Shown here piece after piece: positions 44,987 through 59,695 of a stretch of DNA of 64,000 bases. A model generated the notes under the pieces. That model ran no database searches. It saw only the letters and a list, made by a program, of their open reading frames with translations, and had not been told where the DNA came from. The DNA lies in NCBI RefSeq assembly GCF_050920415.1, contig NZ_CP169309.1; one strand, given 5' to 3'. The translations under genes were made by a program, and so were the position numbers. Position 1 is the first letter of the stretch. Each line of letters starts with the position of its first letter. This DNA is from Escherichia coli. GTDB taxonomy: Bacteria > Pseudomonadota > Gammaproteobacteria > Enterobacterales > Enterobacteriaceae.

Positions 44987-45997
44987 ATGAGTGCGTTAAA
45001 TAAGAAAAGTTTTCTTACTTACCTGAAAGAGGGCGGTATTTACGTCGTTCTTTTAGTTTTGCTGGCGATTATTATTTTCCAGGACCCAACTTTTTTAAGT
45101 CTGTTGAACTTAAGTAATATTCTCACCCAGTCATCGGTGCGTATTATTATCGCGCTTGGTGTGGCAGGATTAATTGTCACCCAGGGGACCGACCTTTCTG
45201 CGGGACGTCAGGTAGGGCTGGCAGCCGTGGTGGCAGCGACGTTATTGCAGTCCATGGATAACGCTAACAAAGTATTCCCGGAAATGGCGACGATGCCGAT
45301 TGCGCTGGTAATTCTGATTGTCTGTGCCATTGGCGCGGTGATCGGTTTGATCAACGGCCTGATTATCGCTTATCTCAACGTGACGCCATTCATTACCACG
45401 CTCGGCACGATGATTATCGTCTACGGCATCAACTCGCTCTATTACGACTTTGTCGGGGCGTCGCCAATTTCTGGTTTTGACAGTGGCTTCTCTACCTTTG
45501 CTCAGGGCTTTGTTGCGCTGGGGAGCTTCCGTCTCTCTTACATCACTTTCTACGCGTTGATTGCGGTGGCATTCGTCTGGGTGTTGTGGAACAAAACCCG
45601 CTTCGGCAAGAACATTTTTGCCATTGGCGGTAACCCGGAAGCGGCGAAAGTTTCTGGTGTCAACGTTGGCCTGAACCTGCTGATGATCTACGCGTTGTCT
45701 GGTGTGTTCTATGCCTTTGGCGGGATGTTAGAAGCCGGACGTATCGGCTCTGCCACCAACAACCTCGGCTTTATGTATGAGCTGGATGCTATCGCAGCGT
45801 GTGTGGTGGGCGGTGTATCGTTCAGCGGTGGTGTAGGGACGGTGATTGGTGTGGTGACCGGGGTAATTATTTTTACCGTCATCAACTATGGCCTGACGTA
45901 CATCGGCGTAAACCCATACTGGCAGTACATCATCAAAGGGGCGATTATTATCTTCGCCGTAGCGCTGGATTCACTGAAATACGCGCGTAAGAAATGA
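44987..45997 (+). CDS. mglC: Galactose ABC transporter permease
   Basis: 336 aa multi-TM. Confidence 0.95.
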   Translation: MSALNKKSFLTYLKEGGIYVVLLVLLAIIIFQDPTFLSLLNLSNILTQSSVRIIIALGVAGLIVTQGTDLSAGRQVGLAAVVAATLLQSMDNANKVFPEMATMPIALVILIVCAIGAVIGLINGLIIAYLNVTPFITTLGTMIIVYGINSLYYDFVGASPISGFDSGFSTFAQGFVALGSFRLSYITFYALIAVAFVWVLWNKTRFGKNIFAIGGNPEAAKVSGVNVGLNLLMIYALSGVFYAFGGMLEAGRIGSATNNLGFMYELDAIAACVVGGVSFSGGVGTVIGVVTGVIIFTVINYGLTYIGVNPYWQYIIKGAIIIFAVALDSLKYARKK

Positions 45998-46007
45998 TGT
46001 GAATGTG

Positions 46008-46054
46008 GGTATTGCCGGATGCGCCGCATCCGGCAATCGGTGCCAAATGCCGGA
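46008..46054. repeat. REP elements
   Basis: ttgccggatgcgccgcatccggcaa palindrome plus second gccggatgcg copy between mglC and preA. Confidence 0.65.
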
Positions 46055-46067
46055 TGCGTCTCTGATT

Positions 46068-47303
46068 TTACAACGTTACCGGGTGTTCTTTCTCTCCCTT
46101 CTTAAACTTCACTTCCCCGAGATCAATACAACCAACCGGGCAAACATGACCACAAAGCAGACAACCCACGCACTTCTCGGTATTACAATGCGGTGTGCGC
46201 GTTTTCTCGCTCCATTCCATCGCCTGGTGACCGCCGTCGTAACAGGAAATATAACAGCGTCCACAGCCAACACATTTATCGAGATTGATATGGGGATAGA
46301 CGATATAGCTACGGTCTAAATCTTCCGCCGGGACAATATTGTGATTCGCCAGACCTACCATCTCCTGCAACGAATCAAATCCCTGATCGGCGAGATAATG
46401 CGATAACCCGCTCGCCATATCTTCCACTATCCGATACCCGTACTGCATAATGCCGGTGGTCACCTGTAACGTTGCTGCGCCGAGCAATAAAAACTCTGCC
46501 GCATCTTCCCAGGTTTCAATACCGCCGATACCGCTGATCGGGAAATCGCGCAGCTCTGGATGGGTGCGCATTTGCTGAATAAAGCGTAGGGCGATCGGTT
46601 TTACCGCTTTACCGGAATATCCGGAAATACTCGATTTACCGTTAACGATCGGCATACCAATTTTCTGATTAAGATCGATATTGGTGATGGATTTAACGGT
46701 ATTAATCGCCGCAATGCCATCTGCGCCGCCGCGCTTCGCAGCCAGCGCCACTTCGCACATATCACCGATATTCGGCGTCATCTTCGCCAGCATCGGCAGC
46801 GTAGAACCACGTTTCACTGCCCGACAATATTTTTCTACCAGCTCCGGGCTTTGCCCGACATCGCTACCCATCGCATGAGAAGTCATTTGCGGACAGGAGA
46901 AGTTACACTCAATCATATCGGCACCAGCTTCTTGCACCAGGCGCGCCAGCTCTTCCCACTGCTGCTCATTTTCCCCCATGATTGAAGCTATCAATACTTT
47001 GTCCGGATAATCTTCTTTCAGCCGACGCAGGGCGGCCAGATTCTCCTCCAGAGGATGCTCGGCAATCTGCTCCATATTTTTGAAGCCGATAAAACCGGTA
47101 TCTTCTTTCACCAGATGATCAAAACGTGGTGAGACTTCGTTGGCGATAAAAAAGCCGATCGTTTTAAATACCACGCCACCCCAGCCCGTGTCGTAGGCTT
47201 TGGCGCACATCTCATAGCAGTTGCCTACCGGCGAAGAAGAGAGGCAGAACGGGTTGGGAAACTTCACGCCGCAAAAGGTAATCGAAAGATCTTTCGTTAA
47301 CAT
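46068..47303 (-). CDS. preA: NAD-dependent dihydropyrimidine dehydrogenase subunit PreA
   Basis: 411 aa; C-terminal 4Fe-4S ferredoxin motifs CVGCGRC and CVGCLLC; overlaps preT stop. Confidence 0.9.
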   Translation of the reverse strand: MLTKDLSITFCGVKFPNPFCLSSSPVGNCYEMCAKAYDTGWGGVVFKTIGFFIANEVSPRFDHLVKEDTGFIGFKNMEQIAEHPLEENLAALRRLKEDYPDKVLIASIMGENEQQWEELARLVQEAGADMIECNFSCPQMTSHAMGSDVGQSPELVEKYCRAVKRGSTLPMLAKMTPNIGDMCEVALAAKRGGADGIAAINTVKSITNIDLNQKIGMPIVNGKSSISGYSGKAVKPIALRFIQQMRTHPELRDFPISGIGGIETWEDAAEFLLLGAATLQVTTGIMQYGYRIVEDMASGLSHYLADQGFDSLQEMVGLANHNIVPAEDLDRSYIVYPHINLDKCVGCGRCYISCYDGGHQAMEWSEKTRTPHCNTEKCVGCLLCGHVCPVGCIDLGEVKFKKGEKEHPVTL

Positions 47304-48535
47304 GAGCAAGCTCCCTCTAAATAGTGATGAATCGCCTCAGCGGCTTCTTTCCCGGTTTTCACGGCATAAACCACGGTTTTGTCACCCTCAACAATATCGC
47401 CAGCAGCAAAGACTTGCGGGTCGCGGGTCTGGTAATTTTGTGTTTTGATGGTGTTACGCTGCGGCTCTAACTCCGCAAAGGCATCCAGTCTGGCATGCTG
47501 ACCGACGGCGAGAATAATTTTATCTGCCGCCATCGTCAGTTCGCCCGGTAAGCGTACATGCTTAAACGTGACTTTATTGCCTTCCACGGCCACTGGTGTG
47601 AATCCATCGATGATCGAAACGCCCAACTCCCGGGCGCTGGCAAACTCTTTTTCGCTTGCCGGAAACTCATCTAACTCTTCACGTGCTACGCAGGTTACCG
47701 CCTGACAGCCGAGAACTTTCAGCGTGCTGGCAACGTCCATCGCGACATCACCGCCGCCGATAATTAATGCGCTTTGTGGAATGCTGATATCGCCCTGCGC
47801 CTGCCGTGCACGTTGCAAGAAGTCGACGGCAATCTCAACGTCGCTATGCTCAAACAGCGGTAGCCCGGAACCGCCCGACAACCCTACGGTGACAAGTACT
47901 GCGCGGTTTTCCGCTTTCAGTTGCTCCAGGGTGAGTACTTTACCGATTTCGTTATTGCACTTAATGGTCACCCCCATTTTTTCGATACGGGCGATCTCTG
48001 CATCCAGCACGGTTTGCGGCAAACGAAATTGCGGAATACCGTTACACAGCCAGCCACCGGGTTGCGCTTCTTTTTCATAAATAGTGACGTCGTACCCCAT
48101 ATTTGTCAGCGTCACGCTGGCCTGCAATCCAGCAGGACCTGCGCCAATAATGGCGACTTTGCCGAGCGTTTTAGTACCAGGCTGATAAATTTCCATCCCG
48201 GTTTGTTGTTCAAAATCAGTGATAAAACGCTGTAAGCGACCGATATCAATGGGATCATCAACACCGGCACGGGTACAACCGCTTTGACATAATTTCTCCG
48301 TTGGGCAAACTCTGGCGCATACAGCACCTAAGGCATTATTTTCGCGAATTGTCTCGGCAGCGCCTTTAAAATTACGAAAGTAGATTGAGCGAATAAATTT
48401 CCCCGGATCGGTTTGTGCCGGGCAAGCCTGACTACAGGGAGCGTCGTGACATAATAAACAGCGAGAGGCTTCTTTAATCGCCAGTAAAGGCGTAAAAGCC
48501 GGAGTGAGTTCATCCAGATAATTTTGTTGCGGCAT
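47297..48535 (-). CDS. preT: NAD-dependent dihydropyrimidine dehydrogenase subunit PreT
   Basis: 412 aa; dinucleotide-binding GAGPAGL; N-terminal Cys cluster. Confidence 0.9.
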   Translation of the reverse strand: MPQQNYLDELTPAFTPLLAIKEASRCLLCHDAPCSQACPAQTDPGKFIRSIYFRNFKGAAETIRENNALGAVCARVCPTEKLCQSGCTRAGVDDPIDIGRLQRFITDFEQQTGMEIYQPGTKTLGKVAIIGAGPAGLQASVTLTNMGYDVTIYEKEAQPGGWLCNGIPQFRLPQTVLDAEIARIEKMGVTIKCNNEIGKVLTLEQLKAENRAVLVTVGLSGGSGLPLFEHSDVEIAVDFLQRARQAQGDISIPQSALIIGGGDVAMDVASTLKVLGCQAVTCVAREELDEFPASEKEFASARELGVSIIDGFTPVAVEGNKVTFKHVRLPGELTMAADKIILAVGQHARLDAFAELEPQRNTIKTQNYQTRDPQVFAAGDIVEGDKTVVYAVKTGKEAAEAIHHYLEGACSC

Positions 48536-48819
48536 GTGATCTTCCTTAATGCTATGAGTAATTAAGGCGAACGCTAAATATACTCGTCATACTTCAAGTT
48601 GCATGTGCTGCGTCTGCGTTAGCTCACCCCAGTCACTTGTCGCCTTCCTGCAACTCGAATTATTTAGAGTAAATATTGCGTGCTGATATTAAGGCTAAGC
48701 GTGTGGGGAAATTTAAACTGTGAAAGAATTCACAAATAGCTGCGGTTCAGAATGTTATATCCGCAGCTTATTGACTGAAGTAATAATTATTCTCAATAAT
48801 TAACAGGGGAGGGACAATA

Positions 48820-49896
<1,077 letters not shown>

Positions 49897-49928
49897 TGAT
49901 GCGACGTTTATCAGTGTGTCAGACCTGA

Positions 49929-50855
<927 letters not shown>

Positions 50856-50913
50856 GGCGTTGCCTCATAATCATGTAATGGGATAACAGTTTACGAACCC
50901 GTTATGGCTTTAT

Positions 50914-50931
50914 ATGTGATCTGAATCTCAT
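50914..50931. promoter_or_regulatory. CRP site in cdd promoter (CRP/CytR-regulated)
   Basis: minus-strand reading tgagattcagatcacat matches TGTGA-N6-TCACA class site about 60-75 bp upstream of cdd start. Confidence 0.5.
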
Positions 50932-50984
50932 TAATTGTGCAACGAATGAAACTTACATCAAAAATGCGCGACGTATCGCAAATT

Positions 50985-52111
<1,127 letters not shown>

Positions 52112-52205
52112 TTAATTCGTAAAACGTGCTACCGATCACATTAAGAATTCTCAGCATAGTTGAATTACAGGGAAGTAACATCGGGCGAGTGCCCAGTTCA
52201 GCACA

Positions 52206-53114
52206 CTAATTCTGCTGTAAAAAGTGCAGAAACTGACTTAAAGCATAAGAAGGCGTTTCGTTATTACGCCAAAACACACCGACGCTGCCTTTCTGTTCAA
52301 TCTTTGGCAGGTTGAGGATCACCAGTTGCCCCTGGCTGGCATAACGTTGCGCCAGGCGTAATGACAAAATAGAGATCATATTGCTGCTTTGTAACAGGTT
52401 GGTACTGACGTTCATCGACGCCGACTCAATCGTGTTTTCTGGCAGCATCACGCCGTGGTCTACCAGCGCATTATCAATGCTGATGCGGATGGGGGTACCT
52501 GTCGGCCAGACTATCCACCGCCAGTTAGCAAGATCATTCCAGCTGAGGGTGGCGTATTTCGCCAGTGGATGCTCAGGACGGGCGACAAAGCATACCGGCT
52601 CGGTGTAGAGCACGCGATAATTCAGCGGCAGCTGCAACGCGCGACCGCCAATTCGCCCAACCACCACATCGATAGAACCTGCCAACAGATCTTGCAGCAA
52701 TGGGGTCATCACCTTCTCTTCGATATTCAGGTGTAGAGTTGGCATCTCCTTGAGCAAATGCAAAATCGCCTGGGATACGCAGTCAGTGGCGACGGGAGAA
52801 CAGCCAATTTTCAGACTGCCGACCAGTCCACCTTGTTTAAAGCGAGCCAGTTCATATTGCGATCTTTCCATGTCATTGATTAACCGTTGGGCATGTTGCA
52901 ATAACAATTTGCCGCCTTCGGTCGGACGAAGCCCGTTGCTGTGCCGCTCAAAAAGTGTGAGTCCGATCTCATCTTCCAGTTGTGACAACCATTTCGAAAG
53001 CGCGGGTTGGGTGATATTCATCATCCGTGCGACATGGGTCAGATTACCCTGTTCACCCAGCGCCACCAGCATTTGCAGGTGATGTAGTTTTAGTTTTTGC
53101 GCCCAGTTCGCCAT
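52206..53114 (-). CDS. mhbR: LysR-family regulator of the gentisate/3-hydroxybenzoate cluster
   Basis: ORF 52206..53162; start at MANWAQKLKLHHLQ (ATG 53112-53114) preceded by GGAGG; divergent from the catabolic operon; symbol by analogy to Klebsiella mhb. Confidence 0.65.
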   Translation of the reverse strand: MANWAQKLKLHHLQMLVALGEQGNLTHVARMMNITQPALSKWLSQLEDEIGLTLFERHSNGLRPTEGGKLLLQHAQRLINDMERSQYELARFKQGGLVGSLKIGCSPVATDCVSQAILHLLKEMPTLHLNIEEKVMTPLLQDLLAGSIDVVVGRIGGRALQLPLNYRVLYTEPVCFVARPEHPLAKYATLSWNDLANWRWIVWPTGTPIRISIDNALVDHGVMLPENTIESASMNVSTNLLQSSNMISILSLRLAQRYASQGQLVILNLPKIEQKGSVGVFWRNNETPSYALSQFLHFLQQN

Positions 53115-53240
53115 TTGCCATAACCTCCAGGTTATCTCTCTGCCCGAAATGCCATTGTACATCTCATCTCTTTAATCACATTATCGCAACATATACAAAA
53201 CAAAAGAAACATCTACCTTACCTGCACTGAGGCATTTACT

Positions 53241-54599
53241 ATGACTCAACGACGTGATTTACAAGCACTTATCGATGCCGCTCCGGTCGGCAAGATGCAG
53301 TGGCGCGTTATCATCTGCTGTTTTCTGGTGGTAATGCTCGATGGTTTTGACACCGCGGCTATCGGCTTTATCGCCCCTGATATTCGCACTCACTGGCAAC
53401 TCACCGCAGGCGATCTCGCCCCGCTTTTTGGTGCGGGTCTGCTGGGTTTAACGGCAGGCGCACTGCTTTGTGGCCCGTTGTCTGACCGCTTTGGCCGCAA
53501 ACGGGTGATAGAGCTATGCGTCTTTTTATTTGGCGCGTTAAGTCTCGCCTCTGCGTTTTCACCAGATCTGCAAACGCTGGTATTACTGCGTTTTCTCACC
53601 GGCCTGGGGCTTGGCGGGGCGATGCCGAACACCATCACCATGACCTCGGAATATCTGCCTGCCCGTCGCCGGGGCGCGCTGGTGACGCTGATGTTTTGCG
53701 GCTTTACGCTGGGTTCGGCGTTTGGCGGGATTGTCAGCGCACAGCTGGTGCCGGTGATTGGCTGGCACGGCATTCTGGTGTTGGGGGGCGTGTTACCGCT
53801 GATGCTGTTTGTCGCACTGCTGGTAGTTCTGCCGGAATCGCCACGCTGGCAGGTGCGCCGCCAGCTACCGCAGGCGGTGATTGCGAAAACCGTCAGCGCC
53901 ATCACCCGCGAGCGTTATGTCGATACCCACTTTTATCTCATTGAATCAGCCTCCGTTACAAAAGGCAGCATTCGTCAACTGTTTATGGGACGTCAGTTAC
54001 CCATTACGTTGATGCTTTGGGTGGTGTTCTTTATGAGCCTGCTGATTATTTACCTGCTCTCAAGCTGGATGCCAACGCTGTTGAACCATCGCGGCATAGA
54101 CCTGCAACACGCGTCCTGGGTCACCGCCGCGTTCCAGATTGGCGGTACGTTGGGCGCGCTGGCGCTGGGCGTGCTGATGGATAAGTTCAATCCTTTCCGC
54201 GTGCTGGCGCTGAGCTATGCCGTAGGCGCTGTATGCATCGTGATGATTGGCTTAAGCCAGGATGGATTATGGCTGATGGCGCTGGCGATTTTCGGCACCG
54301 GCATTGGCATTAGCGGATCTCAGGTGGGGTTGAACGCGTTGACCGCAACGCTCTACCCAACGCAAAGCCGCGCCACGGGCGTGAGCTGGTCAAACGCCGT
54401 AGGCCGCTGCGGCGCGATTGTCGGCTCGCTTTCTGGCGGCCTGATGATGGCGATGAATTTCTCTTTCGACACCCTGTTTTTCATTATCGCTGTGCCCGCG
54501 GCGATCAGTGCGGTGATGTTAAGCCTGCTGATCACCGTGGTTCGCCAGTCGACCTCTGTCCCTGACTCACTGCCTCGCGCAGGCGTTGTGAACGAATAA
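53241..54599 (+). CDS. mhbT: MFS aromatic acid (3-hydroxybenzoate/gentisate) transporter
   Basis: 452 aa 12-TM MFS; first gene of operon. Confidence 0.65.
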   Translation: MTQRRDLQALIDAAPVGKMQWRVIICCFLVVMLDGFDTAAIGFIAPDIRTHWQLTAGDLAPLFGAGLLGLTAGALLCGPLSDRFGRKRVIELCVFLFGALSLASAFSPDLQTLVLLRFLTGLGLGGAMPNTITMTSEYLPARRRGALVTLMFCGFTLGSAFGGIVSAQLVPVIGWHGILVLGGVLPLMLFVALLVVLPESPRWQVRRQLPQAVIAKTVSAITRERYVDTHFYLIESASVTKGSIRQLFMGRQLPITLMLWVVFFMSLLIIYLLSSWMPTLLNHRGIDLQHASWVTAAFQIGGTLGALALGVLMDKFNPFRVLALSYAVGAVCIVMIGLSQDGLWLMALAIFGTGIGISGSQVGLNALTATLYPTQSRATGVSWSNAVGRCGAIVGSLSGGLMMAMNFSFDTLFFIIAVPAAISAVMLSLLITVVRQSTSVPDSLPRAGVVNE

Positions 54600-54610
54600 G
54601 GAGCATCCTA

Positions 54611-55639
54611 ATGACTGATAACAATCAAAAAAGCCGCGAGCAATTTTATCAGCATATTTCCGGGCAAAACCTGACCCCGCTGTGGGAGTCACTGCACCAC
54701 CTGGTGCCGAAAACGCCCAACGCCAACTGTGCGCCAGCGTACTGGAATTATCAGGAGATCCGCCCGCTGCTGCTGGAGAGCGGCAGCCTGATTGGCGCGA
54801 AAGAAGCTGTGCGTCGTGTGCTGGTACTGGAAAACCCGGCGCTGCGCGGGCAGTCTTCCATTACCGCGACTTTATATGCCGGTTTGCAACTGATCATGCC
54901 GGGCGAAGTGGCACCGAGTCATCGTCATAACCAATCGGCGCTGCGTTTTATTGTTGAAGGCAAAGGGGCATTTACCGCCGTTGATGGCGAACGCACGCCA
55001 ATGAATGAGGGCGATTTTATCCTGACCCCACAATGGCGCTGGCACGATCATGGTAACCCTGGCGACGAACCGGTTATCTGGCTCGATGGACTGGATCTGC
55101 CATTAGTGAACACTCTGGGCTGCGGTTTTGCCGAAGATTACCCGGAAGAGCAACAACCGGTCACGCGTAAAGAGGGGGATTATCTGCCGCGTTATGCCGC
55201 CAATATGTTGCCGCTGCGCCATCAGACGGGGAACTCCTCACCGATCTTTAACTATCGTTATGACCGTAGCCGCGAAGTGCTGCACGATTTAACCCGCCTG
55301 GGCGATGCCGACGAGTGGGATGGCTACAAAATGCGCTACGTCAACCCGGTCACCGGCGGCTATCCGATGCCGTCGATGGGCGCTTTCCTGCAACTGCTAC
55401 CGAAAGGGTTCGCCTCCCGCGTGGCGCGTACCACTGACAGCACTATCTACCATGTGGTGGAAGGTAGCGGACAAGTCACCATCGGCAATGAAATCTTCAC
55501 CTTTAGTGCAAAAGATCTCTTTGTGGTGCCGACCTGGCACGGCGTGTCATTCCAGACTACGCAAGATACCGTTTTATTCAGTTTTTCGGACAGACCGGTA
55601 CAAGAAGCCCTGGGGCTGTTCCGCGAAGCGCGTTATTAA
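54611..55639 (+). CDS. mhbD: Gentisate 1,2-dioxygenase (bicupin)
   Basis: 342 aa; length and two-cupin layout typical of gentisate dioxygenases. Confidence 0.7.
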   Translation: MTDNNQKSREQFYQHISGQNLTPLWESLHHLVPKTPNANCAPAYWNYQEIRPLLLESGSLIGAKEAVRRVLVLENPALRGQSSITATLYAGLQLIMPGEVAPSHRHNQSALRFIVEGKGAFTAVDGERTPMNEGDFILTPQWRWHDHGNPGDEPVIWLDGLDLPLVNTLGCGFAEDYPEEQQPVTRKEGDYLPRYAANMLPLRHQTGNSSPIFNYRYDRSREVLHDLTRLGDADEWDGYKMRYVNPVTGGYPMPSMGAFLQLLPKGFASRVARTTDSTIYHVVEGSGQVTIGNEIFTFSAKDLFVVPTWHGVSFQTTQDTVLFSFSDRPVQEALGLFREARY

Positions 55640-55654
55640 TTTGGGAGAGAGAAA

Positions 55655-56356
55655 ATGACTCAATATGTATTCGAACCACAAGCGCCCGTTACCGTACCGG
55701 TTGTTGGCAGTGATGAACAATTCCCCGTGCGCCGCGTTTACTGCGTCGGGCGTAACTATGCTGCCCACGCCCGCGAAATGGGCTTTGATCCGGATCGTGA
55801 ACCCCCCTTCTTCTTCTGCAAACCAGCAGATGCCGTTGTTCCGGTCGCCGCTGGCGAAACGCTGGCGCTGCCGTATCCGGCGCAGACCGATAACTATCAT
55901 TACGAAATTGAACTGGTGGTGGCGATTGGTAAAAAGGGCAGCGATATCCCACTGGAAAAGGCCCATGAATATGTCTGGGGTTATGCCACAGGCCTTGATA
56001 TGACTCGCCGTGACCGTCAAATGGAAATGCGTCAGATGGGCCGCCCGTGGGAAATCGGCAAAGCATTTGATCTCTCGGCCCCCATCGCACCGCTGCACAA
56101 AGCCAGCGAAACTGGCGGTATTGATAACGCACCTATCTGGTTACAGGTTAACGGTGAAGATCACCAGCGCAGCGATATTCGCCATCTCATCTGGTCGGTG
56201 AATGAAACCATCAGCTACCTGTCAGGCTTCTTTGAACTGCAACCGGGCGATCTAATCTTTACCGGTACGCCGGAAGGGGTTGGCCCAGTAGTCAAAGGTG
56301 ATGTGATCACGGGCAACGTCGAGGGCTTAACCCCTATCGCGGTGAAGATCGTCTGA
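55655..56356 (+). CDS. mhbH: Fumarylpyruvate hydrolase (FAH family)
   Basis: 233 aa FAH-fold size; position after the dioxygenase. Confidence 0.65.
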   Translation: MTQYVFEPQAPVTVPVVGSDEQFPVRRVYCVGRNYAAHAREMGFDPDREPPFFFCKPADAVVPVAAGETLALPYPAQTDNYHYEIELVVAIGKKGSDIPLEKAHEYVWGYATGLDMTRRDRQMEMRQMGRPWEIGKAFDLSAPIAPLHKASETGGIDNAPIWLQVNGEDHQRSDIRHLIWSVNETISYLSGFFELQPGDLIFTGTPEGVGPVVKGDVITGNVEGLTPIAVKIV

Positions 56357-56361
56357 GGTGC

Positions 56362-57009
56362 ATGATGAAGCTGTACAGTTTTTTTAATAGTTCAGCATCG
56401 TACCGGGTACGCATTGCGCTGGCGCTGAAAGGCATTAATTACCAGACCGAAGGGGTGAATATCCGTATTGGTCGGCAAAATGAACTGGCCTATCGGCGGA
56501 TGAATCCTGTCGGGCTGGTGCCGACGCTGCTGACTGACGAGGGCGAGTCACTCGGTCAGTCGCTGGCGATTATTGACTGGCTGGATCGTCACTACCCGCA
56601 AGTTCCGCTGGTGCCGCAGGAAGAACCGGCCCGCAATAAGGTGCTGGGAATTGTCTATGCCATCGCTTGTGATATTCATCCATTGAATAACCTGCGCGTG
56701 CTGCGCTATCTGACCGAAGAGCTGAACGTCAGTGAAGAAGAGAAAAAACGCTGGTATGCGCACTGGATCCAGCAAGGGTTAAGCGCGGTGGAACAGCTAC
56801 TGCGCCAGAGCCAGTCGGGGCAATTTTGTGTGGGTGAGACGCCGACGCTGGCAGACTGCTGCCTTGTTCCGCAGTGGGCGAACGCGCTACGTATGAACTG
56901 CGATCTGAGAGGATATCCGCGCTGCAAAGCGGTGTACGACGCCTGCACACAACTGCCAGCGTTCATTGCCGCAGCGCCAGAAAATCAACAAGATAAAATT
57001 TCAGCCTGA
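56362..57009 (+). CDS. mhbI: Maleylpyruvate isomerase (GST zeta-like)
   Basis: 215 aa GST-like ORF; adjacent ATG at 56365. Confidence 0.65.
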   Translation: MMKLYSFFNSSASYRVRIALALKGINYQTEGVNIRIGRQNELAYRRMNPVGLVPTLLTDEGESLGQSLAIIDWLDRHYPQVPLVPQEEPARNKVLGIVYAIACDIHPLNNLRVLRYLTEELNVSEEEKKRWYAHWIQQGLSAVEQLLRQSQSGQFCVGETPTLADCCLVPQWANALRMNCDLRGYPRCKAVYDACTQLPAFIAAAPENQQDKISA

Positions 57010-57023
57010 CCAGGAGAACCATA

Positions 57024-58217
57024 ATGACTAAAGTGACACGCGCAGTAATTGTGGGAGGCGGGATCGGCGGTGCGGCAACTGCGCTGTCACTGGCCCGCCA
57101 GGGGATCAAAGTGGTGCTGCTGGAAAAGGCGCATGAGATCGGTGAGATTGGCGCAGGTATCCAGTTGGGGCCAAATGCGTTTTCGGCGTTGGATAGTCTT
57201 GGTGTTGGCGAAATCGCCCGCCAACGTGCGGTATTCACCGATCACATCACCATGATGGACGCGGTGAACGCCGAAGAAGTGGTGCGTATTGAAACCGGGC
57301 AGGCCTTTCGTGACCATTTCGGCGGCCCTTACGCGGTGATCCACCGCGTTGATATTCATGCCTCGGTGTGGGAAGCGGTACTGACGCATCCGGACGTGGA
57401 ATATCACACCTCCACCAACGTCGTGGATATTCGCGAGACGGAAGACGATGTCACCGTGTTTGACGATCGCGGCAATAGCTGGAGCGGCGATATTCTGATT
57501 GGCTGTGACGGTGTGAAATCAGTGGTGCGCCAGAGCTTATTGGGCGATGCGCCGCGTGTCACCGGACATGTGGTCTACCGTGCGGTTATCGATTGTGCCG
57601 ATATGCCGGAAGATTTGCGCATTAACGCACCGGTACTGTGGGCGGGGCCGCATTGTCACCTGGTGCATTACCCTTTGCGCGGCGGCAAGCAGTATAACCT
57701 GGTGGTAACATTCCACAGCCGCCAGCAGGAAGAGTGGGGCGTGAAGGATGGCAGTAAAGAGGAAGTGCTCTCTTACTTTGAAGGGATTCACCCCCGTCCG
57801 CGCCAGATGTTGGATAAACCGACTTCATGGCGACGCTGGTCAACCGCTGACCGTGAACCGGTGGCGAAGTGGGGAACGAAGCGCATAACGCTTGTGGGCG
57901 ATGCGGCCCATCCGGTGGCGCAATATATGGCGCAGGGAGCCTGTATGGCGCTGGAAGATGCAGTAACGCTGGGTAAGGCGCTGGCGCAGTGTGAGGGTGA
58001 TGCGGCGCAAGCCTTTGCGCTGTATGAGTCGGTACGAATTCCGCGCACCGCGCGCATCGTCTGGTCGACCCGTGAAATGGGGCGGGTTTATCACGCCGCA
58101 GGGGTAGAACGTCAGGTACGTAACCTGCTGTGGAAAGGGAAATCGCAGGCAGAGTTTTATCGCGGCATGGAGTGGCTGTACGGCTGGAAAGAAGATAACT
58201 GTTTGCAACCACGCTGA
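57024..58217 (+). CDS. mhbM: 3-hydroxybenzoate 6-hydroxylase (FAD monooxygenase)
   Basis: 397 aa; FAD fingerprint VGGGIGGAATAL; GDAAH motif. Confidence 0.7.
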   Translation: MTKVTRAVIVGGGIGGAATALSLARQGIKVVLLEKAHEIGEIGAGIQLGPNAFSALDSLGVGEIARQRAVFTDHITMMDAVNAEEVVRIETGQAFRDHFGGPYAVIHRVDIHASVWEAVLTHPDVEYHTSTNVVDIRETEDDVTVFDDRGNSWSGDILIGCDGVKSVVRQSLLGDAPRVTGHVVYRAVIDCADMPEDLRINAPVLWAGPHCHLVHYPLRGGKQYNLVVTFHSRQQEEWGVKDGSKEEVLSYFEGIHPRPRQMLDKPTSWRRWSTADREPVAKWGTKRITLVGDAAHPVAQYMAQGACMALEDAVTLGKALAQCEGDAAQAFALYESVRIPRTARIVWSTREMGRVYHAAGVERQVRNLLWKGKSQAEFYRGMEWLYGWKEDNCLQPR

Positions 58218-58375
58218 GCACTTCTTCACCCAATCAGGCGCACGGGCGGTCCCCTCGCCCCTTCGGGAGAGGGTTAGGGTGAGGGAAAAATCTTGCCCGA
58301 ATTAATCAGTAAGTCAGTTTGTCTGCAAACACCAGAGGCGCTAACATAGCGCCTCATTTTTTTGCGGGTGATGAT

Positions 58376-59323
58376 ATGCGTGTGTTACTGGCGCCGATGG
58401 AGGGTGTACTCGACTCTCTGGTGCGTGAATTGCTGACCGAAGTTAACGACTACGATCTGTGCATCACCGAGTTTGTCCGCGTGGTGGATCAACTGCTGCC
58501 GGTAAAAGTTTTTCATCGCATTTGCCCGGAGCTACAAAACGCCAGCCGAACGCCATCCGGTACGCTGGTGCGCGTGCAATTGCTGGGTCAGTTCCCACAA
58601 TGGCTGGCAGAGAACGCCGCCCGTGCGGTGGAGTTAGGTTCCTGGGGTGTGGATCTTAATTGCGGCTGTCCGTCGAAAACGGTTAACGGTAGCGGCGGCG
58701 GGGCGACACTACTCAAAGATCCTGAACTCATCTACCAGGGTGCAAAAGCGATGCGTGAAGCTGTACCGGCGCATTTGCCCGTCAGTGTGAAAGTGCGTCT
58801 GGGCTGGGACAGCGGTGAGAAGAAATTTGAAATCGCCGATGCGGTTCAACAGGCTGGCGCTACGGAGTTGGTGGTGCATGGGCGGACAAAAGAGCAGGGG
58901 TACCGCGCGGAGCATATTGACTGGCAGGCGATTGGCGAGATTCGCCAACGGCTGAATATTCCGGTGATTGCCAACGGTGAAATCTGGGACTGGCAGAGCG
59001 CGCAACAGTGTATGGCGATCAGCGGCTGTGACGCGGTGATGATTGGTCGCGGAGCGCTCAATATTCCCAATCTGAGCCGAGTGGTAAAATATAACGAACC
59101 GCGAATGCCGTGGCCGGAGGTGGTTGCTTTGCTACAAAAATATACCCGTCTGGAAAAGCAGGGCGATACCGGGTTATATCACGTTGCGCGGATTAAACAG
59201 TGGTTGAGTTATTTGCGTAAAGAATACGATGAAGCAACAGAATTATTTCAGCATGTTCGGGTGTTGAATAATTCCCCTGATATTGCAAGGGCTATTCAGA
59301 CCATTGATATCGAGAAACTCTAA
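58376..59323 (+). CDS. dusC: tRNA-dihydrouridine synthase C
   Basis: 315 aa from [16 protein letters not shown] track start 58319 is an extension. Confidence 0.9.
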   Translation: MRVLLAPMEGVLDSLVRELLTEVNDYDLCITEFVRVVDQLLPVKVFHRICPELQNASRTPSGTLVRVQLLGQFPQWLAENAARAVELGSWGVDLNCGCPSKTVNGSGGGATLLKDPELIYQGAKAMREAVPAHLPVSVKVRLGWDSGEKKFEIADAVQQAGATELVVHGRTKEQGYRAEHIDWQAIGEIRQRLNIPVIANGEIWDWQSAQQCMAISGCDAVMIGRGALNIPNLSRVVKYNEPRMPWPEVVALLQKYTRLEKQGDTGLYHVARIKQWLSYLRKEYDEATELFQHVRVLNNSPDIARAIQTIDIEKL

Positions 59324-59695
59324 GAAACCATAGTGATGTTTTTTGACAATGTGTTAGCTCTTTATCAATAGGCCGCACGGTTGTTTGGTGGCGTCAAAAT
59401 CGCCGAGGCGTTCCCTGAAGGCCGGGGCAGCCCACATGGATGTGGGCTGAGGGCGCGTTTTACAGGGATGTTACCTCGCGCCCGACCCGGTAGCCGTAAG
59501 GGATAAGCCGAGGGCACCGCGCAGCGGCGATTTTGTTCGCCAGAGCCCGGGGGTGCAGGGGGCGGCGGCGACTGGTCGCCCCCTGCGCGCTCCTTGCGCT
59601 AGTGATTATATGAAGCAATGTACATGACAGGAGCGCAACAGGATGAGAGACTGAAATATTCTCGTTATTTTCGGATCTGATGACGTTAATTAATT

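Noticed and set aside
55574-58233. Several 100-200 aa minus-strand ORFs across the mhb island (55574..56098, 55689..56132, 57622..58233, 57840..58229)
   Set aside because: All antisense to the gentisate-pathway genes; expected in GC-rich DNA where stop codons are rare.
59385-59600. Retron msr-msd interpretation of the GC-rich structured element
   Set aside because: No reverse transcriptase ORF is adjacent; downstream are yohP and mdtQ only. Kept as an unclassified structured element in the findings.
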